A program made the position numbers and the translations under genes. A DNA stretch of 64,000 bases from an uncultured Gaiellales bacterium (GTDB lineage: Bacteria; Actinomycetota; Thermoleophilia; RBG-16-64-13), in NCBI GenBank assembly GCA_964631965.1, contig CAZWAR010000002.1:6207-70206 (forward strand), written 5' to 3'. The notes beneath the pieces are model-generated. The model worked only from the letters and a program-made list of their open reading frames with translations, ran no database searches and was not told the DNA's origin. This document shows positions 37,751 through 47,815 of this stretch, piece by piece (the stretch's first letter is position 1; every line of letters begins with the position of its first letter).

Positions 37751-38708
37751 CGCTGCGGCTTCGTTCGTGACGGAGATGGCCATGGCCCATGTGCCGGTTC
37801 TCACTGAGGAACTCGTGCGGCTGCTCCACGTGCATGAGGACAGTCGCGTCATAGACTGTACATTCGGCGCCGGTGGACACGCGGAGGCAGTCGGAGACCT
37901 GCTCGGCCCGGAGGGCGAGTTGGTCGGCTGCGACCGCGATCCTGTCGCGGAAGGGTACTACGAAGAGCTTGCGGCGCGTCTGCGCTGTCCCTCCCGGTTC
38001 CTGCGAGGTGATTTCGCCGACAGCCTGGAGAGGCTCCTATACGACACGGAGCGTTTCACCCACATCTACATGGACCTGGGTGTGAGCAGCATGCAGATCG
38101 ACACACCTGAACGAGGCTTCTCGTACAGCCACGATGCTCCGCTCGACATGCGGATGGACCCAGCTCTGAAGACGACCGCGGCTGAGATCCTGAACACGTG
38201 GTCGGAGACGTCGCTGGCAGAACTCTTCAGCCGGTACGGCGAAGAGCGGTACTCGCGGCGCATCGCCCGCGCTGTAGTGGGGCGCCGCACAAAGATCCCG
38301 TACTCACGGACCCGCGAGTTGGTGGAGACCGTCAAAGACGCCATACCGAAGCCGGCGCGCTTCGCGGCCGGCAACCCGGCGCGCCGTGTCTTCCAGGCCC
38401 TTCGCATCCAGGTGAACGGTGAACTGGAGAGCCTGGCCCGCGCCCTTCCCCTGGCGTTCGAGCTCCTTGAAAGCGGGGGAGTCCTGGCGGTCATCAGCTT
38501 CCACTCCCTGGAGGATCGGATGGTCAAGGACTTCTTCAACGGCAAGGCCAAGCCCTGCATCTGTCCGCCGGACTTTCCTGTATGCGCCTGCGGGGCGAAG
38601 GCCAGCGGCTCGGTGATGACCTCTCGGGCTGTGACGCCTGGAGCCGGGGAGCTCGAGACGAACCCCAGGGCCGCTTCTGCCAAACTACGGGCCTTGAGGA
38701 AGCTCTGA
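37743..38708 (+). CDS. rsmH: 16S rRNA (cytosine1402-N4)-methyltransferase RsmH (MraW)
   Basis: HVPVLTEE...IDCTFGAGGHAEAV SAM-binding motif; GGAGAG Shine-Dalgarno 5 nt upstream; 8-nt overlap with mraZ. Confidence 0.9.
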   Translation: MPSAAASFVTEMAMAHVPVLTEELVRLLHVHEDSRVIDCTFGAGGHAEAVGDLLGPEGELVGCDRDPVAEGYYEELAARLRCPSRFLRGDFADSLERLLYDTERFTHIYMDLGVSSMQIDTPERGFSYSHDAPLDMRMDPALKTTAAEILNTWSETSLAELFSRYGEERYSRRIARAVVGRRTKIPYSRTRELVETVKDAIPKPARFAAGNPARRVFQALRIQVNGELESLARALPLAFELLESGGVLAVISFHSLEDRMVKDFFNGKAKPCICPPDFPVCACGAKASGSVMTSRAVTPGAGELETNPRAASAKLRALRKL

Positions 38709-39229
38709 TGGCGGCGACAGCGAGGGCTGCCTGGATAGAGGCCTGGGAAGCCGACTCTCTTCCTTCCGAGGCAGAACAGCGCAGTGCGGCTCGAGTGCGT
38801 GCGCGTTCTCAAAGCGTCAGATACTACGGCCGGGAAGCGACAGCCCGCATCCCTCAGCCGTCGCCTGAGCTTCGCAGGACTCATCCTCTACCCAAGCCTC
38901 GTCTTGTTGCGCGGCGTCATACTCGGTGGCACGTCGTGGCCGCCGTGACGGTTTTCGCAGCCGTGCTGCTGGGCGTCGCCGTCGTCAGCCCGATGCTGGT
39001 GAGCTCGAAGGCGACCGAGATGGAGACCCGGATCGGTAACATGGAGAGCAGCGAGGCTCAGCTGTCCGGCGACATAGCCGGTCTCTCGTCTCAGATCGCG
39101 ACGCTCTCTGCGCCCGAAAGGGTCGCGGAGCAGGCGGCCCAACTGGGCTTGGAGCCCGCCGGCCAGGTGCATTACGTACGAGGCGATGAGGCGGGATCGG
39201 AGGGCGAGACGACGGTCGCGGGCCGATGA
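38708..39229 (+). CDS. ftsL: cell division protein FtsL (bitopic, coiled-coil)
   Basis: Arg-rich cytoplasmic N-terminus, single TM (VVAAVTVFAAVLLGVAVV), periplasmic coiled coil; position between rsmH and ftsI; ATG overlaps rsmH TGA. Confidence 0.7.
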   Translation: MAATARAAWIEAWEADSLPSEAEQRSAARVRARSQSVRYYGREATARIPQPSPELRRTHPLPKPRLVARRHTRWHVVAAVTVFAAVLLGVAVVSPMLVSSKATEMETRIGNMESSEAQLSGDIAGLSSQIATLSAPERVAEQAAQLGLEPAGQVHYVRGDEAGSEGETTVAGR

Positions 39230-40917
39230 GCGGAGGCCGGACGCAAAAACGTCTGGCCCTGTTCATGGGGCTCTCCGTCCTTTTCCTTGTCGCCCTGTTC
39301 GGACGGACCTTCTATGTACAGGTGGTCGCCGCTCCACAGTGGCAGGAGAAGGCGGACGACCAGCACGTGCGCTCGATCGAGCTTGATGCGCCTCGGGGCA
39401 ACATCTACGATCGCAACGGCGAGACCCTGGCCATCTCGAGGACCATGGCCAGCATCTACGCCGACCCCTCCCAGATCCAGAATCCGGCCAAAACAGCCAG
39501 CAAGCTCGCCGAGGTCCTGAACCTTTCGGTAGAGGAGATGCTCCCCAAGCTGAGCGATACGGACAGCCGCTTCAGGTACCTGATCCGCAGGGTGGATCCA
39601 TCGATAGGGTCCCGCGTGAAGGCTCTCAAGCTCAAAGGGATCGGGGTAGTGTCGGAGCCCAAGCGGATCTATCCGAAGGGCGCCCTGGCACCGCAACTCC
39701 TCGGCTTCGTGGGGGGTACGGACTACGTGGGGATGGAAGGCATCGAATACCAGTATGACGGCCTGCTGTCAGGGAAGCCGGGAATGATGAAGGTGGTCAA
39801 CGACCTCTCTGGCAACCGACTGTCGACGGTGTCCACCACCACCGCCCAGCCGGGCGAGTCGCTCACGCTGACGATCGACTCAGAGATACAGTTCGAGGCC
39901 GAAAAAGCCCTGGCCGCAGCGGTGGACGAATACAAAGCCAAGCGTGCCGGTGCTTTGGTGATGGACCCTCAGACGGGTGAGATTCTCGCCATGGCGTCGA
40001 CGCCGTTGTTCAGCCCCGATGAATACGGCTCCCAGGACCCGGCGACCGGCGGGACCCATAACTGGTTGGTGCAGGACATGTACGAGCCGGGCTCGACCTT
40101 CAAGATGATAACCGTCGCCGCCGCTCTGGAGAGCGGCATAACCACTCCGGACACCGTGTACTCACTGCCGGAGACCATCACCGCCTACGACAAGGTGATC
40201 CACGAAGCCGAGGAAGACGTGCCGGCGACTCGGAACCTCACCGTCACTCAGATTCTGGCCCAGTCTTCCAACATCGGGGCGGTCACCCTAGGAAGAGAGG
40301 TAGGCAGGGATCGCCTGGTCGAGATGATCCAGAAGTTCGGTTTCACCGAGAAACTCGGCATCGATTTCCCGGGGGAGACGGCAGGACAGCTCCCGGAGAA
40401 ATGGAACGGCGTGACCATCTACCAGGTGCCGATGGGGCAGGGTGTCGCCTGCTCCCCGCTGCAACTGGCCGCTGCGTACGCCGCCATCGCCAACAACGGT
40501 CTGCTCGTGCAGCCACACTTGGTCGAAGACTCCGCGGAGCCGTGGAACCGGCAAGTGGTCGGTCCGTTGGTGGCGGCGCAACTCCGGGCCATGCTCCAGG
40601 TGACTGTGGAGGAGGGTACAGGCACGAGAGCCCGCCTGGAGGGCTACACCGTGGCCGGCAAGACGGGGACCGCACAGAAGCCGAACGAGAAGAAGAAGGG
40701 CTACTCCGACGAGGTCGTCTCCTCGTTCGTGGGTATGGTGCCGGCAGACGCGCCTCGCCTGGTGATCCTCGTAATGATCGACGAGCCGCAGACCGAACGC
40801 TTGGGGGCCAAGGTGGCGGCTCCCGTGTTCGCGCGTATCGCCGATTTCTCCCTCAAGCGTCTGGGCATCCCCCCGAGCATGTCCGCCGGAGGTGACGCCA
40901 CCATCTCCCCGGAATAG
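39226..40917 (+). CDS. ftsI: peptidoglycan D,D-transpeptidase FtsI (PBP3, divisome)
   Basis: N-terminal TM, PBP dimer domain, transpeptidase motifs STFK, SSN, KTGT; dcw position. Confidence 0.9.
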   Translation: MSGGRTQKRLALFMGLSVLFLVALFGRTFYVQVVAAPQWQEKADDQHVRSIELDAPRGNIYDRNGETLAISRTMASIYADPSQIQNPAKTASKLAEVLNLSVEEMLPKLSDTDSRFRYLIRRVDPSIGSRVKALKLKGIGVVSEPKRIYPKGALAPQLLGFVGGTDYVGMEGIEYQYDGLLSGKPGMMKVVNDLSGNRLSTVSTTTAQPGESLTLTIDSEIQFEAEKALAAAVDEYKAKRAGALVMDPQTGEILAMASTPLFSPDEYGSQDPATGGTHNWLVQDMYEPGSTFKMITVAAALESGITTPDTVYSLPETITAYDKVIHEAEEDVPATRNLTVTQILAQSSNIGAVTLGREVGRDRLVEMIQKFGFTEKLGIDFPGETAGQLPEKWNGVTIYQVPMGQGVACSPLQLAAAYAAIANNGLLVQPHLVEDSAEPWNRQVVGPLVAAQLRAMLQVTVEEGTGTRARLEGYTVAGKTGTAQKPNEKKKGYSDEVVSSFVGMVPADAPRLVILVMIDEPQTERLGAKVAAPVFARIADFSLKRLGIPPSMSAGGDATISPE

Positions 40918-40959
40918 GCCGGCTCCGCGCGGCGCTGGGGGCTACGCCAGGGGAAGGGG

Positions 40960-42516
40960 ATGGTGCCGGTGGTAGAATCGCTAACCGTGAGACTTACCGA
41001 CCTCTTCGCGGCCGTCGACGGGTGGCACTTGGAGGGCCCCGACGCCGGCATCAGCGGACTTAGCTATCGAAGCGACCAGGCGGGCCCGGGCACCCTCTTC
41101 TTCTGCGTACCCGGCTTCGTGCGCGATGGTCACGATTTCGCCTCCGATGCGGTGGCTCGAGGTGCTTCAGCGCTCTGCGTTGAGCGGTTCCTGGATCTGC
41201 CGGTGCCCCAGGTGGTCGTCCCTTCGGTTCGGGAGGCGATGGGGCTGGTGGCCGCCACTTTCTACGGCCACCCGAGCTCGCGCCTGGTCACCGTGGGCAT
41301 AACCGGCACCAACGGCAAGACGACCTCGGCCTTTCTCACGGCCCATCTACTCGACCACGCCGGACTCCGATCAGGGCTCATGGGTACGGTGGAGCGGCGC
41401 ATCGGTGGTCAGACGTTGCCGGCCGGCCGGACCACCCCCGAGGCCCTGGATGTCCATCGGGATCTCGCTCTGATGGTCGAGAAGGGGGACAGCGCCGCAG
41501 TGATGGAGGTGTCCTCGCATGCGCTCGATCTCGGCCGGGCGCGAGGGATCGACTTCCGGGCCGTGGCCTTCACCAACCTGACCCAGGACCACCTGGACTA
41601 TCACAAGACGCTCGAAGCCTACTTCGCGGCCAAGTGCCGCCTCTTCCTCGACCGCGAGTTCGCTTCCAGCGGGGCGGTCGCGACCATCAACGTAGACGAT
41701 GAGTTCGGGATGCGGCTCGCCCGCTCCTGCGACCGCGAACGGGTGATCGGTTTCTCGACCAGCGGCGATAGGGGTCCGTGGGGTCCGGCCGATCTTGAGT
41801 GGAGTGATTTCACGATCACCCCCGGGGGCACTCACGGGACGTTGGTCGTCCGGGGGACCGCTCTGGCTCGCGTGACCGGGTCCCTCGCGACAGGGGAGGA
41901 ACTTCACCGGGAGGTATTCACGCCGCTGGTGGGCGCTTTCAACGTGGCGAACACTCTGACGGCCCTGGGCTGCGGCCTCGGGCTCGGTCTCGATCTGGAT
42001 GGGATGCTTTCCGGCCTCGGGGATTTTCCCGGAGTTCCGGGACGCATGGAGACCATCGATGAGGGCCAGGACTTCTCGGTTCTGGTCGACTATGCCCATA
42101 CTCCGGATTCGATCCGCAACGCTCTCAGGACCGCCAGGGAGCTGACACGGGGAAGACTCTTCGCCGTGGTGGGCTGCGGAGGGGACCGCGACCGCACGAA
42201 GCGGCCGCTCATGGGGCGGGAGGCCGAGGACAACGCCGACGTGGTGGTCATCACGTCGGACAACCCGCGGAGCGAGGATCCGGAGGCCATCATCGCCGAA
42301 ATTGTGAACGGGCTGCACCATCCCGAGGCGGCCACGGTTCGGGTGGATCGCCGGGCGGCCATCTTCGACACGATGGCTGTGGCTCGGTCCGGTGACGTCG
42401 TGATGATTCTCGGCAAGGGTCACGAGTCGGGGCAGGAGTTCTCCTCCCGCACGATACCGTTCGATGACCGACGGGTGGCGCGCGAGGCTCTCCTTGCTGC
42501 GAGGTCGCGGACCTGA
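40960..42516 (+). CDS. murE: UDP-N-acetylmuramoyl-L-alanyl-D-glutamate--2,6-diaminopimelate ligase
   Basis: Mur ligase P-loop GITGTNGKTT, DNPR motif (SDNPRSEDP) indicating meso-DAP specificity. Confidence 0.92.
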   Translation: MVPVVESLTVRLTDLFAAVDGWHLEGPDAGISGLSYRSDQAGPGTLFFCVPGFVRDGHDFASDAVARGASALCVERFLDLPVPQVVVPSVREAMGLVAATFYGHPSSRLVTVGITGTNGKTTSAFLTAHLLDHAGLRSGLMGTVERRIGGQTLPAGRTTPEALDVHRDLALMVEKGDSAAVMEVSSHALDLGRARGIDFRAVAFTNLTQDHLDYHKTLEAYFAAKCRLFLDREFASSGAVATINVDDEFGMRLARSCDRERVIGFSTSGDRGPWGPADLEWSDFTITPGGTHGTLVVRGTALARVTGSLATGEELHREVFTPLVGAFNVANTLTALGCGLGLGLDLDGMLSGLGDFPGVPGRMETIDEGQDFSVLVDYAHTPDSIRNALRTARELTRGRLFAVVGCGGDRDRTKRPLMGREAEDNADVVVITSDNPRSEDPEAIIAEIVNGLHHPEAATVRVDRRAAIFDTMAVARSGDVVMILGKGHESGQEFSSRTIPFDDRRVAREALLAARSRT

Positions 42517-44060
42517 TGCTCGCTCTCACGGCCGAAGAAGCCGGCGGCGCGCTGGCAATGGGTCCCTTGAGCACTGCCGTCACGGGAGTCAGCACGGACA
42601 CACGGTCCCTGAGAGCGGGAGACCTGTTCGTCGCCTTGCGGGGAGAGCGCTTCGACGGGCACGATTTCGTGGCGGCTGCGCTCGCAGCCGGCGCATGTGG
42701 CGCTGTCGTCGATCGGCGGGCGTGGGCCGCGCGGGGAGGTACGGCCGCGGCGGGGTCGGAGCCGCGATGGAGTGAGCCCGGACAGAGCGGTCCGGGGTCG
42801 GCTGTCTACGAAGTCGACGACACCCTGGCCGCGCTGGGGGCCCTGGCGCGGGCGGTGAGGAGAAAGTCAGGTTCTCTCGTGCTGGCCGTCACGGGGAGTG
42901 TGGGCAAGACCACGACGAAGGACATCCTTGGAGCGATGGTTTCCCGTGTGCGCCGGACCGTGGTGACGGCCGCCAACCAGAACAACGAGGTAGGGGTGCC
43001 CCTCACCCTTCTTCAGATCGAGCCTGAAACCGAGGCTGTAGTCGTTGAGATGGGGATGCGCGGCCGGGGGCAGATCGCCTCACTGGCAGAGGTGGCCGAG
43101 CCTGATGTGGGTATCATCACCAACGTGTATCCGGTTCACCTCGAGCTCCTGGGGAGCCTTGAAGCTGTAGCTCAAGCTAAGGCTGAGCTTATTGGAGGAC
43201 TGCGGGAGGAGGGCGTCGCCGTCGTTCCGTTGGTGTGCGAGCCGTTGGAAGCGGTGTTGGCCGGGACCGCCGGCCGCGTCGTCCGGTTCGCAGCCCGCGG
43301 CGGTCTGGTCTGCGCGAACGAAAACGCTGATGTTCTCGTCTCTGCAGAACCTGAGGAGGGGGTGGACGTGCAGATCCTGCGGGTGCGCTGGCCCGGTGGG
43401 AAGGCCTGCCTGGAGATTCCTGCGATCCCTCGACATACGCTGCAGAACGTCGCGGCAGCCGCGGCCGGCTGCCATGCCGCAGGTCTCCCTGTCGGTGAGT
43501 GTCTCCCCGGGTTCCTGGACTCAGGTCCTGGGAAGGGACGGGGGGAAGTCATGCGGCTGCCGGGGCTCTGTCTGATCGACGACACCTACAACGCCAATCC
43601 GGTCGCGGTGAGGGCCGCCCTCGACAACCTAGTGCGGATGGCGGAGCGCCTGGGAGGGAGGCCGGTCGCGGTGCTGGGCGACATGAGGGAACTCGGTGCT
43701 GAGGAGGGGCGCTATCACAGGGAGATCGGCGAGGCTGCTGCGGCGGCCGGCGTGCAAGTGCTGTGGGGAGTGGGTCCGCTGTCGCAAGCGACGGTGGAGG
43801 GTTTCCGGCGGTCTGTATTGAGGGGCACCGCCGAGACGGAGGAAGGATGGGGAGGGCACGTCGGCTCCGCGAACGAAGGCTCCCTGGTATCGAACTCTCT
43901 CCTCCCCGGAGACGTCGTATTGTTCAAGGCCTCGCGAGTCGTGAGGCTGGAGGACATGGTGGAACGCATCGCCGGGGAGGCGCGTGCCGGGAGGTGGGCG
44001 GTACGCGGCGGCGAACGTAGAGGCGGGGCGGTCGACCAAGACTCGGGAACGCATACATGA
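42516..44060 (+). CDS. murF: UDP-N-acetylmuramoyl-tripeptide--D-alanyl-D-alanine ligase
   Basis: VTGSVGKTTTKD P-loop, IDDTYNANP; Gly/Pro/Ser-rich ~35-aa insert near N-terminus and a C-terminal extension. Confidence 0.9.
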   Translation: MLALTAEEAGGALAMGPLSTAVTGVSTDTRSLRAGDLFVALRGERFDGHDFVAAALAAGACGAVVDRRAWAARGGTAAAGSEPRWSEPGQSGPGSAVYEVDDTLAALGALARAVRRKSGSLVLAVTGSVGKTTTKDILGAMVSRVRRTVVTAANQNNEVGVPLTLLQIEPETEAVVVEMGMRGRGQIASLAEVAEPDVGIITNVYPVHLELLGSLEAVAQAKAELIGGLREEGVAVVPLVCEPLEAVLAGTAGRVVRFAARGGLVCANENADVLVSAEPEEGVDVQILRVRWPGGKACLEIPAIPRHTLQNVAAAAAGCHAAGLPVGECLPGFLDSGPGKGRGEVMRLPGLCLIDDTYNANPVAVRAALDNLVRMAERLGGRPVAVLGDMRELGAEEGRYHREIGEAAAAAGVQVLWGVGPLSQATVEGFRRSVLRGTAETEEGWGGHVGSANEGSLVSNSLLPGDVVLFKASRVVRLEDMVERIAGEARAGRWAVRGGERRGGAVDQDSGTHT

Positions 44061-45028
44061 TCAAGATACTTGCCGCAACTCTCGTCGCTCTCGTCATCGG
44101 TCTGCTGGCCGGACCCCAGTTCATCCGCTGGCTCTCGACGCGGGGCATCGGGCAGAACATCCGCGAGGAAGGTCCCGAGCGCCATATCGTGAAACAGGGA
44201 ACGCCGACGATGGGAGGCATACTCATCCTGGTCGCAGCCGGCCTACCGTACGTTATCTTCGCGGGCAAGCAATGGGACAGCCTGGCCGTGGTCATTCTGA
44301 CCTACGGTTCCGGCGCCATCGGCCTCGCGGACGATCTTCTCAAACAGCGCCGGCGGCGTTCTCTCGGGCTCAGTGGGAAGGTGAAACTTGCGCTGCAGGT
44401 TCCTCTCGTAGGCGTCGCCTGTTTTCTCGCCCTCCGCTACGGGGCCGCCGACACCAAGCTGATGGTACCGCTGGTAAAGGGCGGGCTGGAGATCGGCTTT
44501 CTCTACTACATCTTCACCTTCTTTCTCATCGCCGGCTTCTCGCATGCAGTCAACCTCACGGATGGGTTGGATGGACTCGCTGCCGGCACAGTGGCTGTGG
44601 CGCTGTTCGCATTCGCCGGCATCGCCTTTCTCCGCGGGGAGACGAACGTGGCCATTCTCGGCTCGTGTCTGACGGGGGCCTGCATCGGCTTTCTGTGGTA
44701 CAACACGCACCCGGCGTCGGTGTTCATGGGCGACACGGGCTCCCTCGCGCTGGGGGCTGCTCTGGCGGGGATGGCCGTGGTCACCGGCATGGAGATACTC
44801 CTACTTCTGGTCGGTGGCCTGTTCGTCATCGAAGCGCTCAGTGTGATGATTCAGGTGTTCAGCTTCCGCTACTTTCATCGCCGGGTCTTCCTGATGACGC
44901 CCATCCACCATCACTTCGAATTGCGGGGATGGTCCGAGACGAAGATCATTGTCCGCTTCTGGCTCATCGCGGCGATCTTGGCCGGCGCTGGGTTCACACT
45001 GTACTACCTGGGCAACATCGCGAAGTGA
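44057..45028 (+). CDS. mraY: phospho-N-acetylmuramoyl-pentapeptide transferase
   Basis: 10-TM protein with QGTPTMGG and HAVNLTDGLDGLA motifs. Confidence 0.93.
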   Translation: MIKILAATLVALVIGLLAGPQFIRWLSTRGIGQNIREEGPERHIVKQGTPTMGGILILVAAGLPYVIFAGKQWDSLAVVILTYGSGAIGLADDLLKQRRRRSLGLSGKVKLALQVPLVGVACFLALRYGAADTKLMVPLVKGGLEIGFLYYIFTFFLIAGFSHAVNLTDGLDGLAAGTVAVALFAFAGIAFLRGETNVAILGSCLTGACIGFLWYNTHPASVFMGDTGSLALGAALAGMAVVTGMEILLLLVGGLFVIEALSVMIQVFSFRYFHRRVFLMTPIHHHFELRGWSETKIIVRFWLIAAILAGAGFTLYYLGNIAK

Positions 45029-45065
45029 CCCCGGCGAGACCGGGTCGTCATATGGAGGGGCCGCC

Positions 45066-46529
45066 ATGACCGAACCCCGTTGGGGCGAAGGAGGATTTCC
45101 CGAAGCCATGGGAAGCGCTCTCGTGCTGGGCGCCAGTCGGTCGGGGGTCGCGGCGGCCGTGGCTTTGGCGAGCCTCAACATCAATGTGACCTTGAGTGAT
45201 AGACGTGGAGTGGAGTCTTTACCCGGGGTGGAAGCCGCGCTGCGGGCGGGGGTTACTCTCGTACGGGAGGAGTCGCTCGCAGAGGAATGGCCTCGACCGG
45301 ATCTGGTCGTGAAGAGTCCGGGAATACCGGCAGAGTCGGCGGCGGTCCTCAAGGCTCGCGAGTCGGGAGTTCCTGTGTGGAGCGAACTGGAACTGGCGTA
45401 TGTCTTGCTGCCGAACCCGTTCGATGCGGTCACCGGGACCAATGGGAAGACCACCACCACCGCCCTGCTCGGGCATCTCTTCGCGACGGCCGGACGCCCG
45501 GTGCGGGTGGTTGGCAACATCGGAGTGGCGGTGACATCCGTTGCCGGTTCGTCGGCCGCCGACGAGGAGTTGGTGGTGGAGGTATCCAGCTTCCAATTGG
45601 AGGACATCCACCGATTCCGGCCGGCCGTGGGCGTCTTCCTCAACCTTACTCCCGACCATCTCGACAGGCACGGGAGCATGGAGCGGTACCTCCAGTGCAA
45701 GTCGAACCTTTTTGCCAACCAGGGGGCGGGTGACGCGGCCGTGCTCAACCTCGATGACGCGGCGGTGGCGGGTGTGGGAGCCCGGCTCGCGGGATTGAAT
45801 GACGGGCCGCGGGTCGCCTTCTTCTCGACCACGTGGGGCGAAGGCCGGAGGTCCGTCGGGCTCGATGGGAGCGGGGAGGCTCCGTTCGCCCCCGACTCGT
45901 GGATAGATGCGGGGTGGCTGGTGATCGACCGGGAACGATTGCTGCCCGTGAGCGACATCCTGCTGCCCGGCCGGCACAACCTGGAGAACTGTCTGGCCGC
46001 GGCTACCGCAGCGGCCGCCCGGGGCGTCGGCCGGGAAGCCCTCGCCGAGGGCCTGCGCACCTTCCGGGGAGTTCCGCACCGGCTCGAACAGGCAGGGATT
46101 GTGGACAGCGTGACGTATGTGAACGATAGCAAAGCTACCAACGTGGATGCGACTTTGACCGCTTTGAAAGCTTACCCGCAACGCACACATCTCATCCTGG
46201 GCGGACGCGACAAAGCGTCCGACTACCGGCCCGTGGCCCAAGCCTGCGCTCGCGGCTGCAAGGCGGTGTACCTCATCGGAGAGGCCGCCCCGCTTATCGC
46301 CGAGGCGTTTGCTGAGGTGGCAGCGAGTGGCGAGGTGGATAGGATGCCCGAGATGGTCGTGGCCGGCACGCTCGAACGCGCGGTGGAGGCCGCCTTCCGG
46401 GGGGCGGAGCCGGGAGATGTGGTTCTGCTGGCTCCGGCCTGCGCCAGTTTCGATCAGTACACGAACTTCGAGGAACGGGGAGACCACTTCAAGGCGTTGG
46501 TGGCGGGTCTCGCCCGGGAGACGGCATGA
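45066..46529 (+). CDS. murD: UDP-N-acetylmuramoylalanine--D-glutamate ligase
   Basis: VTGTNGKTTTTALL P-loop, MurD N-terminal Rossmann-like domain; homology-based ATG 45066 (ORF open from 44949). Confidence 0.9.
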   Translation: MTEPRWGEGGFPEAMGSALVLGASRSGVAAAVALASLNINVTLSDRRGVESLPGVEAALRAGVTLVREESLAEEWPRPDLVVKSPGIPAESAAVLKARESGVPVWSELELAYVLLPNPFDAVTGTNGKTTTTALLGHLFATAGRPVRVVGNIGVAVTSVAGSSAADEELVVEVSSFQLEDIHRFRPAVGVFLNLTPDHLDRHGSMERYLQCKSNLFANQGAGDAAVLNLDDAAVAGVGARLAGLNDGPRVAFFSTTWGEGRRSVGLDGSGEAPFAPDSWIDAGWLVIDRERLLPVSDILLPGRHNLENCLAAATAAAARGVGREALAEGLRTFRGVPHRLEQAGIVDSVTYVNDSKATNVDATLTALKAYPQRTHLILGGRDKASDYRPVAQACARGCKAVYLIGEAAPLIAEAFAEVAASGEVDRMPEMVVAGTLERAVEAAFRGAEPGDVVLLAPACASFDQYTNFEERGDHFKALVAGLARETA

Positions 46530-47815
46530 CTGCTGCTCCCGTAAGAACACGGCCGGCAACCAACGGTTCGGCCGGACCCGACGAGCGGCGGACGATGCGC
46601 CAGCGGGTCCGCCGTCCGCGCAGCGGTCGGCTGATAGAACGACTGCCCCTTCCGTTTCACCTTGTCTGGGTCATCCCTGCGATCCTGCTCGTAGTCGGTT
46701 TGTGCATGATGCTGTCCGTATCCACAGCGAGCGCGGACAAGTTTGGCTATTTGAAGAATCAGGGCATCACGGCAGCAGTAGGCGTCGGTCTGCTGATGTT
46801 GCTCTCCCGATTGGACTACGAGCGGATCCGCAAGTGGTCGGTGGTCTTTCTGGGGGTTGTGGTGTTCTCGCTGCTCCTTGTTCACATCCCCGGTCTCGCT
46901 CGTGTGGAGGGTGGGGCCGCGAGCTACATCCCCGTGGGGCCGTTCACCTACCAGCCCTCAGAGTTCGCCAAACTGGCCGTGGTGCTCCTGGGCGCACACC
47001 TCCTCACCAGCCCGCGCGTGGCGGACGGCCGCCTGCGTTCCTTCATGCTCCCGTTCGGATTGAGCGGCTTGGTCATGTGCCTGCTCGTGGCGTGGGAGCA
47101 CGACTTGGGAACCGCCCTCATCATCGGCGGGCTGATGTTCGGGATGCTGTGGGTGGGAGGCATGAAGGCCGGTCATATCGGGTTGCTCGGTGCGGCCGGT
47201 CTGGCCGGCGCAACGGGCTTGATCCTCGTGAGCGAGGAACGGATCAGCCGCTTCCTCTCGTTTTGGAATCCCAGCACCGACCCGAACGGTTCCAGTTATC
47301 AACTCACCCAGTCGCTCGTGGCGCTGGGGCGGGGTGGATGGCTGGGCGTCGGGCCGGGGCAGAGCGTGCAGAAATACCAGTATCTACCGAAGGCCCGGAG
47401 CGACATGATCTTCGCCATCCTGGGTGAGGAGTTCGGGCTGCTCGGGGCCGGTCTGGTTATCGCCCTGTTCATTCTGTTCGCCGTGATGTGCTGGCGCCTT
47501 GCCCGCAGTTGCAGCGACGCCATGGGCAGACTGTTGATAGCCGGCTGCGGGATGCTGGTGACGCTCGAAGCGGTCGTCAACATCGGCGGGGTTATTGGAG
47601 CTTTGCCGCTCACCGGGGTCCCGCTTCCATTCATCAGCTACGGTCGCAACAGTCTGCTCGTTATGCTGGCTGCGGTTGGGTTGATCCTGGCGGTCTGTAG
47701 GCGTGCGTCTGTGGGAGCGGCGCCGTCTGAAGGGGTGAGGTACGACAATGTCACGCATATTGATCGCCGGAGGTGGGACGGCAGGGCACGTGGTGCCCGC
47801 GCTGGCGCTCGCTGA
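46526..47815 (+). CDS. ftsW: peptidoglycan glycosyltransferase FtsW (SEDS family)
   Basis: FtsW/RodA family polytopic protein in the canonical dcw slot; C-terminal ~22 codons overlap murG. Confidence 0.88.
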   Translation: MTAAPVRTRPATNGSAGPDERRTMRQRVRRPRSGRLIERLPLPFHLVWVIPAILLVVGLCMMLSVSTASADKFGYLKNQGITAAVGVGLLMLLSRLDYERIRKWSVVFLGVVVFSLLLVHIPGLARVEGGAASYIPVGPFTYQPSEFAKLAVVLLGAHLLTSPRVADGRLRSFMLPFGLSGLVMCLLVAWEHDLGTALIIGGLMFGMLWVGGMKAGHIGLLGAAGLAGATGLILVSEERISRFLSFWNPSTDPNGSSYQLTQSLVALGRGGWLGVGPGQSVQKYQYLPKARSDMIFAILGEEFGLLGAGLVIALFILFAVMCWRLARSCSDAMGRLLIAGCGMLVTLEAVVNIGGVIGALPLTGVPLPFISYGRNSLLVMLAAVGLILAVCRRASVGAAPSEGVRYDNVTHIDRRRWDGRARGARAGAR

